IMG/VR virus record: IMGVR_UViG_3300032053_000009
Coordinates: 82,630-146,629 of that record
DNA: 64,000 nt
Strand: one strand, 5' to 3'
DNA from: a virus
Taxonomy: Duplodnaviria > Heunggongvirae > Uroviricota > Caudoviricetes
The position numbers and the translations under genes are program-made. This document shows positions 37,835 to 46,922 of the stretch, one piece after another. The notes beneath the pieces were generated by a model that saw only the letters and a program-made list of their open reading frames with translations, was not told where the DNA came from and made no database searches. How positions within the stretch are numbered: the first letter of the stretch is position 1; the number at the start of each line of letters is the position of its first letter.

Positions 37835-38766
37835 AAACCAATCGTCTTAACCAAATTTCTTAGCACATCCGGTGCGCAATCATTCGGATCAAGACCCGCC
37901 GGACACTCATGATTCTCAACATCGAACCAAGACGACAGTTTCTTAACCACCTTCACCGACGCTTCCCGTCCAGCAGCGTCGCCATCAAAAAGAACCGCAA
38001 TGGTTTGAACTCCTCGATCCATCAAAATCCTGAGCTGCTTATCGCTGATGTGAGTGCCAAAACAACTCACAACCACGCCACCAATCTGATGAATCGACCA
38101 CACGTCTTTGGCGCCCTCCACAAGAATGACCTTGCGATGCTGTTGTGGTACGTTGGCGATGTTGTAGACCAAGGCTCCGAGCTGGGTGTGCATCGGGTAA
38201 ATCACTTTCTTGCCATGAACGCCAGGTCCATCGACCAGCCTGAACTCATACGAATAAAACTTGCCACCGACATCAACGAGAGGAACCGTAACGTGGCCGT
38301 AATAATACCCAGCGTAACACCACTTCAGCTTAAACACGTCCGCTGTCTTATTCTCAATGCGGTTCTTAAGCAGCCATGCTTTGGCGGATTCTGAATCCAT
38401 CCAATCCTTAAATCTTAAATCGTTGGGAATATAAGGCTTCTCCACCTCCGGCACGGCAGGCACGTCGAATCTGATATTACGTGCCCACTCAGCAATCCGT
38501 TCATAATGCTTATCCGACTCCTCATCCCCGTACAACTTACGCTTGGCTTCAGCATCAGAACAGTTCTCAAGTTTGGCCACGAATGAGATTAAGTGAGGTC
38601 CAGCCCGCTTGCACGAATAACAGTTCCAAGCCCCAGTGATGTGATTGATTGTGAAAGATGGATTGCGATCAGAATGCCAGATACAAGAGGCGACGTAGTT
38701 ATCGCCGGAGTGACCTACCTTCTTAAAGCCATATTGGTGAAGAAGATCAAGAACGTCAATTGCCAT
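37831..38766 (-). CDS. dnaG: DnaG-type DNA primase (zinc-binding + TOPRIM), 311 aa
   Basis: A CHC2 zinc finger (CIWHSDRNPSF...CYSC) and a TOPRIM domain (ILVEGAKDVWS...VLFDGDAAGREA) are present. Confidence 0.75.
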   Translation of the reverse strand: MAIDVLDLLHQYGFKKVGHSGDNYVASCIWHSDRNPSFTINHITGAWNCYSCKRAGPHLISFVAKLENCSDAEAKRKLYGDEESDKHYERIAEWARNIRFDVPAVPEVEKPYIPNDLRFKDWMDSESAKAWLLKNRIENKTADVFKLKWCYAGYYYGHVTVPLVDVGGKFYSYEFRLVDGPGVHGKKVIYPMHTQLGALVYNIANVPQQHRKVILVEGAKDVWSIHQIGGVVVSCFGTHISDKQLRILMDRGVQTIAVLFDGDAAGREASVKVVKKLSSWFDVENHECPAGLDPNDCAPDVLRNLVKTIGL

Positions 38767-39136
38767 TGCTGCCTAAAACTTCATCCATATAGATCGGAGC
38801 GCTAAGACTGACTTCACATTCAATGCCAACCTGGTTAAGAATGGCTTTCAGTTCTTTCGCCCCCCACGGATTCGCCGTGTGCAAAGTGATCTTCTTCGGT
38901 CGTCGTTCCGCTGGCATGACAGCGATGTAATAAGCCACAGGACGGAACGTTTCATCGCTGGGTTCCAATATGCGTTTCGGCCTGTCATAAAAACAAATGT
39001 CGTGGTCGATGCTAATCTCTTCCACGTTGCAATTGTGCAGGAAATAAATCGCCCGATCATTGGTGCGAGCCAGTTGCCACCCTTCGGGGCACTTGCGTAT
39101 GTCATCCACATAGAGCTTCATTGTCAGCATTTGCAC
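38756..39136 (-). CDS. hypothetical protein, 126 aa
   Basis: The motifs KLYVDDIR...ISIDHD...HTANPWG hint at a receiver-like alpha/beta domain. Confidence 0.4.
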   Translation of the reverse strand: MQMLTMKLYVDDIRKCPEGWQLARTNDRAIYFLHNCNVEEISIDHDICFYDRPKRILEPSDETFRPVAYYIAVMPAERRPKKITLHTANPWGAKELKAILNQVGIECEVSLSAPIYMDEVLGSNGN

Positions 39137-39148
39137 ACCATTTGTATG

Positions 39149-40468
39149 TCAGGATTTAGATTGCGGAACGTGAATTTTACCAAACGCAGGGTCAGGATGG
39201 ATTTCAATTGGCGGGCACAGCCCTTTGCGCCGGATCTTCAGCACCTTCAAATCCGCTTCCTTTGCCGTCCGCTGCTCTTCAGTCTGACTGATTTTAATGA
39301 GCACGTCCACGTTCTGAGCCACCGCTTTCGAGAACGCAATGTCGTCCGTGGAGTCCTCACTCTTCTTTTGTTTGAGTCCTGAAATCTGCTGCGCCGCTGT
39401 CCAGATAGCGATATTGAACTGACGAGCGGTCTCTTTGAGCTTCTTGCTTATGATCGCCAGCGCCTTCCAATCATAGAAGTCAAGCTCGCCAAGTCTGGTT
39501 TCCATGATCTGCATATAGTCCACCACCACCAGCTCAAGATTGCATCGACGCCTGTACTCACGTATTTTAGCTTTGAGCAAGTCCACGGTACAGCCTGTTG
39601 GAATATCCAAGACAAACAATTTGTTCTTACGCCTGGCGCCGTAGTGCTTAACCGCTTCACGCATCCGCTCTATCTCAGCCTTGCTTGCCGACGCTTCATC
39701 AAGCGAGATCACTTCCACGTTAGCGATCCGACCGTACAAGCGCCGCAGAATCTGAAAGCCGGACATCTCAATCGTGATCAACATCGTGTCATGGCCAGCC
39801 ATGTAGGATTCGATGGCAAAGTTATAAAGCGCTGTGCTCTTGAACCCTGCGGTCTTTCCCACAATTAAACCCACCTCAGCGGGCGCCAGACCCTTCAGAT
39901 GGTCATCCAGAGGAGCGATCCCAGTTGGAATGTAAATATACTTTTCAGGATGATCCTTCATGTCATGGATGGCTGACACCACCCGATCCACGCTGGCCGA
40001 CAACTCGTACTCCTGCAAGACATCTGACCCAACAAACAGCGGCTCATCAAGCGTGTTCCGCAGCGCTCGCTCGCCATTTATAAGATCGCCCTTGTCAATC
40101 ATTTCGCCAGCGTTCTTAATCGAGTTCATCAGTGACCGTGCCCGCCAGAGCTTAAGCACTTCTTCTTTGCAGAACGCAAAGTCCTGATCTGGCGACGTGT
40201 CTACGAAAAGAGACTTGGCCAAGGTATAGTAATTTTCCTTATCCTCAACCTTCATGTCCTCTTTATCAAGATAAGCCAAAAGCTCATTGACCGTTATTTT
40301 CTTACCAAACTTATCGTAATGGGAAAGAACGTAGGTATAGATCTTAACGTGCGTCTGACTTGAGAAAATGGCAGGCGGGAACTTAACCGATAAGTCATCC
40401 AGCTTGGTCACGTCAAGAAGAGCGTAGCGGATTAAGTCTTTCTCCGCCCGAACATTAACGTACTGCAT
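39149..40468 (-). CDS. dnaB: DnaB-like replicative helicase, 439 aa
   Basis: It has an N-terminal DnaB-like domain, a deviant P-loop (GKTAGFKST) and the H2 motif LVVVDYMQIM. Confidence 0.65.
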   Translation of the reverse strand: MQYVNVRAEKDLIRYALLDVTKLDDLSVKFPPAIFSSQTHVKIYTYVLSHYDKFGKKITVNELLAYLDKEDMKVEDKENYYTLAKSLFVDTSPDQDFAFCKEEVLKLWRARSLMNSIKNAGEMIDKGDLINGERALRNTLDEPLFVGSDVLQEYELSASVDRVVSAIHDMKDHPEKYIYIPTGIAPLDDHLKGLAPAEVGLIVGKTAGFKSTALYNFAIESYMAGHDTMLITIEMSGFQILRRLYGRIANVEVISLDEASASKAEIERMREAVKHYGARRKNKLFVLDIPTGCTVDLLKAKIREYRRRCNLELVVVDYMQIMETRLGELDFYDWKALAIISKKLKETARQFNIAIWTAAQQISGLKQKKSEDSTDDIAFSKAVAQNVDVLIKISQTEEQRTAKEADLKVLKIRRKGLCPPIEIHPDPAFGKIHVPQSKS

Positions 40469-41075
40469 CAGTCCCCCCTTTCAAATTCTCAACAACAACC
40501 CCCAGTGTAGCCAAAGGAATAAGAACATAGCTCAGTCCATCATGAGCAAAAGCAGAAGGACGGCTGCTGAACGCATCAAGCTCTTTCTTGGTGATCGTAT
40601 AAGACTTCTTATTGGTCTTCATCGGCAATGACTTTATAGCTTCCGGCACCCATTGTTCTTTCTTTTGATGACTGGTTAGAAACTCATAGTCAGGTTCTCG
40701 GAAAACCACATGAATGCGATTCGTTGGACAACCCTTAAAAGCAAAGACAAAGATCGGCATAAGACCAACTTGGTCAGCTTCACGATTGTTCTTATCCACA
40801 AGCCTCATATCCAAATGATAGACCGGAACACTCTTCGATCCTTTCTTAGACTTCTCCCTGCGATGCTTAGCTTCGACAAGAAACTGTCTCGGAAGCCACG
40901 GCACGGCTGTCCTGACATCGCCCTTGAAAGACGCCATCGCTCCCGAAGACGGGACTCGAAACGTGCGCTTGATATTGCCGTTCCCGTCCATGATGGGGTC
41001 TTGAACGGTCTGACCCGTGAACCTTAAAAAATAAGCCTCAAGCTCGTGCTCAAGTCCGTAGCCTTTATGACTCAT
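40455..41075 (-). CDS. Hjc-like (archaeal-type) Holliday junction resolvase/PD-(D/E)XK nuclease, about 207 aa
   Basis: The layout KGYGLEHELEAYF...SSGAMASFKGDVRTA...LVEAKHR matches Hjc with its catalytic E-x-K. Confidence 0.4.
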   Translation of the reverse strand: MSHKGYGLEHELEAYFLRFTGQTVQDPIMDGNGNIKRTFRVPSSGAMASFKGDVRTAVPWLPRQFLVEAKHRREKSKKGSKSVPVYHLDMRLVDKNNREADQVGLMPIFVFAFKGCPTNRIHVVFREPDYEFLTSHQKKEQWVPEAIKSLPMKTNKKSYTITKKELDAFSSRPSAFAHDGLSYVLIPLATLGVVVENLKGGTDAVR

Positions 41076-41379
41076 CAACCCCCCTAAACATCGACTCCCG
41101 ACTCTCCTGCTCATCCTTGATCAGCTTGGCCAGCTTGTCATCAGGCAACTTCGAGCGCCTGGCGTGTTCCTTCAAAGCCTCACGAATATAATCATCCAAC
41201 GTAAACGCCTCACCAAAATGTCCCTTCAAATAAAGCTGGTACGCCACATCTTTCTCTTCCTCGCTCAATTGACGTTTGATGGGCGCCGCCTCTTCAAGTG
41301 TTTTCACGTACCCGTCCCGAAACGTCTTCCATTGCCGTGTGGCGTGCCTGATCACATCTTCGGCAGTGATCCGCTTCAC
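41065..41379 (-). CDS. hypothetical protein, 104 aa
   Basis: Small ORF packed between neighbouring genes. Confidence 0.4.
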   Translation of the reverse strand: MKRITAEDVIRHATRQWKTFRDGYVKTLEEAAPIKRQLSEEEKDVAYQLYLKGHFGEAFTLDDYIREALKEHARRSKLPDDKLAKLIKDEQESRESMFRGVDES

Positions 41380-42113
41380 CCGTAAGCCTCATCCGCTGCG
41401 GCATCATAAGTCATGGTCGCCTTGGACACGCCATCCACCAGCTTGACCATAAACATCCGGTCGATGGCGTCCATCGCCCGACCGTGGCGCACCACGCTGT
41501 CGGCGCTCGTGACAATAATCATCTGCTGATCAAACTTCTTCGCCACGCTCTTAAGAAACTGGTAGGTCTTAACCACGTACCCATTCTCGTTGTCGATGGA
41601 GTTGAGGAAGCGCAAGCTCTCATCCAGAACAATGGGTCCACCCAACGGCGGATGCACCATCTTCTTGAACATGACCCGCAGAAGCACGGACACGATGTCC
41701 CGCACACCGCCGCCCCTGCCATCCATCACGTCCTCAAGGTCGCCATTATCACCCGTCAGGTACACGTTGGCGTTGACTCGGCTTGATTTGGTATCGAACT
41801 CGATCTTGAGCTGAATGCGCCGAGGCTCAAAGATCTGAAGTAACCCAGCGTTAATGGTGTCCTCAATGCGCCCGATGGACTTCCGACGGCTGTAGTCCGA
41901 CACCACTCGCAAGAAAGCGCCCGCCCGCTCCAAAGCGCTCAACTCGCCGTTCAAAATGTCCAACCGCTTGTGGGTCTTGGAAACCGCCTCCTGCCCCTTT
42001 TTCTGCATCTCACGCAAAGCTGCGTAACGCTGAAGTGCGTCACCCGACCGCTTCAATAATTGATCATTTGACATTCTGCCTCCAAACGTTAAAGGACGCC
42101 CCTGAGATGCCAC
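41376..42113 (-). CDS. ABC-ATPase C-terminal half, SbcC/Rad50-like (coiled coil + signature/Walker B/H-loop), 245 aa
   Basis: There is no Walker A. A signature-like GRGGGVRDIVSVLLRV is followed by a Walker B/D-loop (IVLDESLRFL) and an H-loop (IIVTSADSVVRH). The N-terminal part is coiled coil. Confidence 0.5.
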   Translation of the reverse strand: MASQGRPLTFGGRMSNDQLLKRSGDALQRYAALREMQKKGQEAVSKTHKRLDILNGELSALERAGAFLRVVSDYSRRKSIGRIEDTINAGLLQIFEPRRIQLKIEFDTKSSRVNANVYLTGDNGDLEDVMDGRGGGVRDIVSVLLRVMFKKMVHPPLGGPIVLDESLRFLNSIDNENGYVVKTYQFLKSVAKKFDQQMIIVTSADSVVRHGRAMDAIDRMFMVKLVDGVSKATMTYDAAADEAYG

Positions 42114-42690
42114 GAGGCTGAGTCGTCGCCACCAAAAGATAACCCTGGGTCACTTGATCCAAAATCCGATCCGTATTGAAATGAAAAATACCACCATGCT
42201 TCGAGCCATCCATTTTTTGGTTGGGAATTGTGTACGTGACGACGAGCTTGGCACCAGCCCCAAACATGGCTTGCAAAACAAACTCGACCAGGTGCTCATC
42301 CATGACGTGGTACAAAACATCTATGCTCATAACAGCGCCCACATCCGCACCAAACAACCCGTTAAACTTTCTCTTAATTGTCGCAGCGCTGTAGTTACCA
42401 AAGTGCCCCTGCTCAAAAATGAAATTCTCTTTCTTCACCATCTCTCGACATTGCTGAACAGCGCTTAACGAAATATCGACACCAAAATATTGTTTGCAAT
42501 TCAGAAGATTAACCATGTGTCCATCGCCGCACCCAAAATCGAACACCGACTCAACGCCATACTTGGCAAACAAATCGTTCAAATACTGTGCCTTGAACTT
42601 CAGCAACTCGCCACGACTTCCTTGACCTGAGCCGAGCTTTTCCTTGTAGCGTTCTTCCCAATATTTTTGTTCAAACTGATCGTTCATCAA
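42064..42690 (-). CDS. class I SAM-dependent methyltransferase, 208 aa
   Basis: Motif I (VFDFGCGDG) and a typical Rossmann order are present. Confidence 0.6.
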   Translation of the reverse strand: MMNDQFEQKYWEERYKEKLGSGQGSRGELLKFKAQYLNDLFAKYGVESVFDFGCGDGHMVNLLNCKQYFGVDISLSAVQQCREMVKKENFIFEQGHFGNYSAATIKRKFNGLFGADVGAVMSIDVLYHVMDEHLVEFVLQAMFGAGAKLVVTYTIPNQKMDGSKHGGIFHFNTDRILDQVTQGYLLVATTQPRGISGASFNVWRQNVK

Positions 42691-42926
42691 ACCTCGACCT
42701 TGGCAAGTAAATTCTGAATTTTATCGCTCTCAGCCTCAATCTGTTCTTCCAAATCCTTAATGGTTGAATCCAACTTCTCCGGCTCTACACCTTCCGCCTT
42801 AATAGACTCAATCACTTGCGCTTTCCGTGCCTCCAAAGACTCAAGCTGAGTTTTGAGCCGGACGTGCTGCTCCTTGGCTCGTTGATAATTATCTTGAAGC
42901 TGCGCTATCTTTTTCAAATCAACCAT
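42687..42926 (-). CDS. coiled-coil protein, 79 aa
   Basis: Heptad-rich and helical. Confidence 0.45.
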   Translation of the reverse strand: MVDLKKIAQLQDNYQRAKEQHVRLKTQLESLEARKAQVIESIKAEGVEPEKLDSTIKDLEEQIEAESDKIQNLLAKVEV

Positions 42927-42934
42927 GACGCCTC

Positions 42935-43144
42935 CTATCTGATTTCTATTCCGCTGCTGACCGTTGACTCAATCGACAAACCTTTATCATCAGTCACAAC
43001 CAATGTCCACACCGCCGCAACCAATCCATACCTCTCGCACATAATGTTTTGACAGTAATGGATTGCTGGCTCTAAAAAATTAAAACTACCCATGACCTCT
43101 TTCAAAGTCGTTTTACATTTCCAACATAGCTTGACTATCTTCAT
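42935..43144 (-). CDS. small CxxC protein, about 69 aa
   Basis: The sequence contains KLCWKCKTTL...YCQNIMCERYG. Confidence 0.35.
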   Translation of the reverse strand: MKIVKLCWKCKTTLKEVMGSFNFLEPAIHYCQNIMCERYGLVAAVWTLVVTDDKGLSIESTVSSGIEIR

Positions 43145-44064
43145 GCTACCTTCCGCAGATACTTCCGGCACAGCTCCACAACACTGTCGTCAATATGCTC
43201 ATTCTTCGCCACCTCAGCCAGCATCTCCTCAATGTTCGTGGCGCCAATGTGAGTTTGAATGGCGTTCGTAAACTCTTCAGCCAAGTTCCGGTCGTCCTGA
43301 ATGGCTTGCTGAATCTGCTCGGTTTGAAACACGATGTCCCACGGCTGGGCACTCTTGAACGGAACGAGTTGGTATTTGAAATTAATACCATCAAAGTCAA
43401 CGAAAACCATGTTTGGAATACGCTTCATATCCGCCTCAAGCCTGGTCAGCCGAGTCATGCTGCCTGGGTTGATGAACAGCGTCCGATTGTTGCTGTACTT
43501 GAATGGAATATGATAGTGGCCGCATAGCACCAGATCAGCATCCACCTTGAGCTTTGACACCAAAAGATGCTTGAACTGGACTTCTTCATTCACCAGCGCA
43601 TCGTGTACAACCATGATCACGAGCGCATACTGATCAAAATCCTTAACAACAAATCGGTTGGGATCATCCTTCTCAAAATAATGAGAGAACCGTATCAGAA
43701 CTTTCTTACCGTTCACGGGCACGATCATGTCTTGCTTGGGAATGATGATGTGCTTGGTATGCTCCATGAGTCCAAGCGCTGTCGTATCCAGAAGCGTCTG
43801 CCACGAATCGCTGCGGAAGTCATGATTGCCAACGCAGAGATGCACATCCTTATCCATCAAGCGCATGGCATCCACGATCACCTGCACGTCGGGGTTATCA
43901 GTATGGAAGAGATCTCCGCCGTGAAGTATGAAATCAACCTTTTTCTCATCAGCGACCTTGAACACCTCATGCCACTTCGCCATGATCTGGAAATAGAAAT
44001 CAGGCGTCCTGAACTTTGGCGTGTTGCGAGTGATGTGGGAATCAGTTACGAACAACAATTTCAT
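43141..44064 (-). CDS. sbcD: SbcD/Mre11-family metallophosphoesterase nuclease, 307 aa
   Basis: The motif series DSH...GGDLFH...GNHD...GHYH is that of a calcineurin-like phosphoesterase. Confidence 0.7.
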   Translation of the reverse strand: MKLLFVTDSHITRNTPKFRTPDFYFQIMAKWHEVFKVADEKKVDFILHGGDLFHTDNPDVQVIVDAMRLMDKDVHLCVGNHDFRSDSWQTLLDTTALGLMEHTKHIIIPKQDMIVPVNGKKVLIRFSHYFEKDDPNRFVVKDFDQYALVIMVVHDALVNEEVQFKHLLVSKLKVDADLVLCGHYHIPFKYSNNRTLFINPGSMTRLTRLEADMKRIPNMVFVDFDGINFKYQLVPFKSAQPWDIVFQTEQIQQAIQDDRNLAEEFTNAIQTHIGATNIEEMLAEVAKNEHIDDSVVELCRKYLRKVA

Positions 44065-44312
44065 AATTCGTCCTTAACGGCGTCACTCACCTTATCAACA
44101 GCGTCGCTGACGCTATCCATCGCCTTACCAACATGATCCATTGCGTTGCCGACGTGCTCCATCGCTTTGTCAATCTCTGCACACACAGGACAAGGATCTT
44201 TTTTGCATTTATGTTCCTTGCCATTGATCGTCGTCGTGCGATTGATAGAAATATTGATGTTATGCGAACTCACCGCTCTCTTTGCGAAGTCGCTCCACCA
44301 GCGCCAGGTCAT
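44061..44312 (-). CDS. small CPVC protein with heptad-like AMDxVx repeats, about 83 aa
   Basis: The sequence KDPCPVCAEIDKAMEHVGNAMDHVGKAMDSVSDAVDKVSDAV shows the repeats. It forms an ATGA overlap with the SbcD start and begins immediately after the MazG stop. Confidence 0.4.
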   Translation of the reverse strand: MTWRWWSDFAKRAVSSHNINISINRTTTINGKEHKCKKDPCPVCAEIDKAMEHVGNAMDHVGKAMDSVSDAVDKVSDAVKDEL

Positions 44313-44313
44313 A

Positions 44314-44658
44314 TCAAAACTTCTTCCCGCCGTGGCGGTAGCTCCGTTTGGTGTTGTACTCCATTTTCTTGCGCAGGATGACGCCGAAGTTCCAACCCTT
44401 GGCTGCAAAATAATCAGCGATACGAATCACACAATCGGCCAGCTCCACGGCCTCGCCTTCCGGCTTACCTGTCTTCGGATCTTCCCAATAATGCTCTTCG
44501 CCCTTACGAACACACTCCGTCGCCTCTCCAATTTCGCTATGGAATAAGGCGTGCATCTCCAAGGCCGTACGTTGTGATTCGTACCACCCCTTTTCTCTGG
44601 CGGTTTTGTGCACCGCTCGCATGAAAGAATTGAGTCTCATGTCATCCATTATATTCAT
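44314..44658 (-). CDS. mazG: MazG-like nucleoside triphosphate pyrophosphohydrolase, 114 aa
   Basis: The sequence has LEMHALFHSEIGEATECVRKG and EGEAVELADCVIRIADYFAAKGWN. Placement of the acidic residues is MazG/HisE-like. Confidence 0.65.
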   Translation of the reverse strand: MNIMDDMRLNSFMRAVHKTAREKGWYESQRTALEMHALFHSEIGEATECVRKGEEHYWEDPKTGKPEGEAVELADCVIRIADYFAAKGWNFGVILRKKMEYNTKRSYRHGGKKF

Positions 44659-45443
44659 TCCTCTTTTGCGCTCGCCACGTCTGTGATATGAAAATTCTCA
44701 ATATCCAAATCCACATCCTTGGCGATGTTCTTGAGACGTTCTGACAACCACTTCAACTGAGACAAATGTTCATCCGGTTTGTGATTCAAAACAAACCGTA
44801 CAGCTTCGCCAATATCCTTACCGCTCTCCCACCGATTCGACAACTGAACACCAGACGCCTTCTCAAACTCTTCCACCTTCTCGGACAAACTTTTGAACTT
44901 CTCTTCCGTGTTTTTGTGCTGCCAATCCAAATCGTTACGCAAATCATTCTCACGCTGCTTGAACGCTTCATCCAGCTTTTGCTTAAACAAATCCTTCGCT
45001 ACCGTACCGTCAATAATATGACGCATCATAGACATAAAAAATGGACGACTGACGGCACCTTTGTCTCGATAAGCTGACTCAACAACAATCCTCAACACGG
45101 CGCCGTGAGGCACGATCAGCCCCCAATCGGCAGGCAACTCACCTGGTTTAATAATGGCCGGATTGGTCACGACAATGTACCAACGATCACAATGAACAGC
45201 GATTGGATCTGCTTTCTCTGGTTCTTTCAATTCCTTGAGCCAGTCACCACGAAGCGATTTAATCTCAAACCCAATAATTTCAAGACCACGTGATGGCCAA
45301 ATACCAAGCGCTATCAAATCCGCTGACCTGTTCCGGTATCCGGTTCGATCTGAACACTCTCGAATCGTCACCCACCCTGGCGGAGCGTACCGAGCCTCCA
45401 ACCGAATCAACATATCATGTGTTGTCAAAGGAGTCGTATTCAT
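44655..45443 (-). CDS. PD-(D/E)XK-like nuclease with C-terminal coiled coil, 262 aa
   Basis: ADLIAL and GFEIKSLRG supply the D and E-x-K residues. Confidence 0.4.
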   Translation of the reverse strand: MNTTPLTTHDMLIRLEARYAPPGWVTIRECSDRTGYRNRSADLIALGIWPSRGLEIIGFEIKSLRGDWLKELKEPEKADPIAVHCDRWYIVVTNPAIIKPGELPADWGLIVPHGAVLRIVVESAYRDKGAVSRPFFMSMMRHIIDGTVAKDLFKQKLDEAFKQRENDLRNDLDWQHKNTEEKFKSLSEKVEEFEKASGVQLSNRWESGKDIGEAVRFVLNHKPDEHLSQLKWLSERLKNIAKDVDLDIENFHITDVASAKEE

Positions 45444-45655
45444 GCTTTCAAATAATCTTTATCAACCGGAAGCTCAGCCTTCGTAGCGTGCGTCCCGCCA
45501 TACCACGTATCCCGTGATCGCACGGTCGCAGCAAACGCCTCTAAGCACATCTGAACGTATTTAGCTAAAATAAAATCGGGCGTATCGGAAAGGTTTTCTT
45601 GACTGTGTTTATTGATCAGATGTTGAAGCTCTGTGACAAAATTCTCATTTCCCAT
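45440..45655 (-). CDS. hypothetical protein, about 71 aa
   Basis: It starts immediately after the stop of the SbcC N-terminal half. Confidence 0.35.
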   Translation of the reverse strand: MGNENFVTELQHLINKHSQENLSDTPDFILAKYVQMCLEAFAATVRSRDTWYGGTHATKAELPVDKDYLKA

Positions 45656-45656
45656 A

Positions 45657-46922
45657 TCACATCCTCCCCAATATTTTTTCCATTTCTTGATTCGGAATGC
45701 TGCGCAAACAAAACGGACATACATCAAGCTCACTTAACTCACCACGCAACAAATCCAAAATAGATTTGTTCTTAGCCACGTCAGCGCCCAGCTTCTTAAT
45801 CGCATAATCAACATCATCCAGCTCACGACCATATTTACTCAGCACATTCAAACGATTGGACATGACCGCACAAAGAGTAAAACGTCCACCTATGTCATCA
45901 AAATCCATCCCCAACAACTGATCGGATACTGTTGTCAATTGCGAAATGCTGATCTCGTTCTGTCGATAATGCTCACGCAACGGCACCAACCGATCCCACC
46001 GCTTCTGAGCACGTAACACAACATCAAATGAGACCGTTTTCATCGCCTGATCCAAAATTACCATTGCGCCTTGAGCAGATTTAATCTCAACATTCAAAAC
46101 ATTCCAATCATGATGCAGAAGAAATAATCGTTTTTGCTTCTCGTGCGCCCGCAACAAGCGGTCGAACGAAATTGAATTGACCACCACATCAAGAACAAGC
46201 ATCTCGCTTTTCGCCGCCTCAATATCAACATTCAAAAATCCAAAATCATGGCGCAAGACCGTCAGCTTATCCAGCTTCTGCGAATCCACGTAATAACTCT
46301 TGACCGCCTCATCGAGAGCAAGATACATCGGCTCTTTAATAAGAAGCTCATCACGAACATCCTTCAACTCTTTCTCTTGCTGGGTCAAGATTCCTTCAGA
46401 AATCTTGATGTCCTTATCGGTTTGATTGGAATCTTTCTGCATCTCACGCAGCGCACGATCAATTACGTCCAGCCCAGAGATCATGCCCAGCATCTTAGCC
46501 CGCACCGGAGCCGACTCGGACAGCAAAAACGGCTCCACACCCTGCTTACTGATCGTAACCGGAATCTCATTGTCATCAATAAACACACTGGCGCCGCCAA
46601 GAACCTCGATCACCTGCTTGGGCACGGAATCACCCAGACGCTCAAACTCTTCACCGTTCACGATGTACTTATTAACTTTGGCTCCTTTAATACGAGCGAC
46701 CGATGAGCCATCATCAAATTCAGCCGTGACTTCAAAGCAATCCTCGCCATGACGAACATAGGCATTGTTGACATCGTTTTGAAGTACAGCAGCGAGCGCA
46801 CGAATGACGGCGGACTTGCCTTCATCAGAAGAGCCGACAATCACATTCATCCCAGGATGAAAGTTGATCGTGGTGTTTTGGTGAGATTGGAAGTTATGCA
46901 GTATGAGCTTTTTCAGGTTCAT
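45657..46922 (-). CDS. sbcC: SbcC/Rad50-like ATPase N-terminal half ending at a CPFC zinc hook, 421 aa
   Basis: The N-terminus (KLILHNFQSHQNTTINF...VIVGSSDEGKSAVIRAL) carries Walker A. A long coiled coil follows. CPFC occurs 17 residues before the stop. Confidence 0.6.
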   Translation of the reverse strand: MNLKKLILHNFQSHQNTTINFHPGMNVIVGSSDEGKSAVIRALAAVLQNDVNNAYVRHGEDCFEVTAEFDDGSSVARIKGAKVNKYIVNGEEFERLGDSVPKQVIEVLGGASVFIDDNEIPVTISKQGVEPFLLSESAPVRAKMLGMISGLDVIDRALREMQKDSNQTDKDIKISEGILTQQEKELKDVRDELLIKEPMYLALDEAVKSYYVDSQKLDKLTVLRHDFGFLNVDIEAAKSEMLVLDVVVNSISFDRLLRAHEKQKRLFLLHHDWNVLNVEIKSAQGAMVILDQAMKTVSFDVVLRAQKRWDRLVPLREHYRQNEISISQLTTVSDQLLGMDFDDIGGRFTLCAVMSNRLNVLSKYGRELDDVDYAIKKLGADVAKNKSILDLLRGELSELDVCPFCLRSIPNQEMEKILGRM

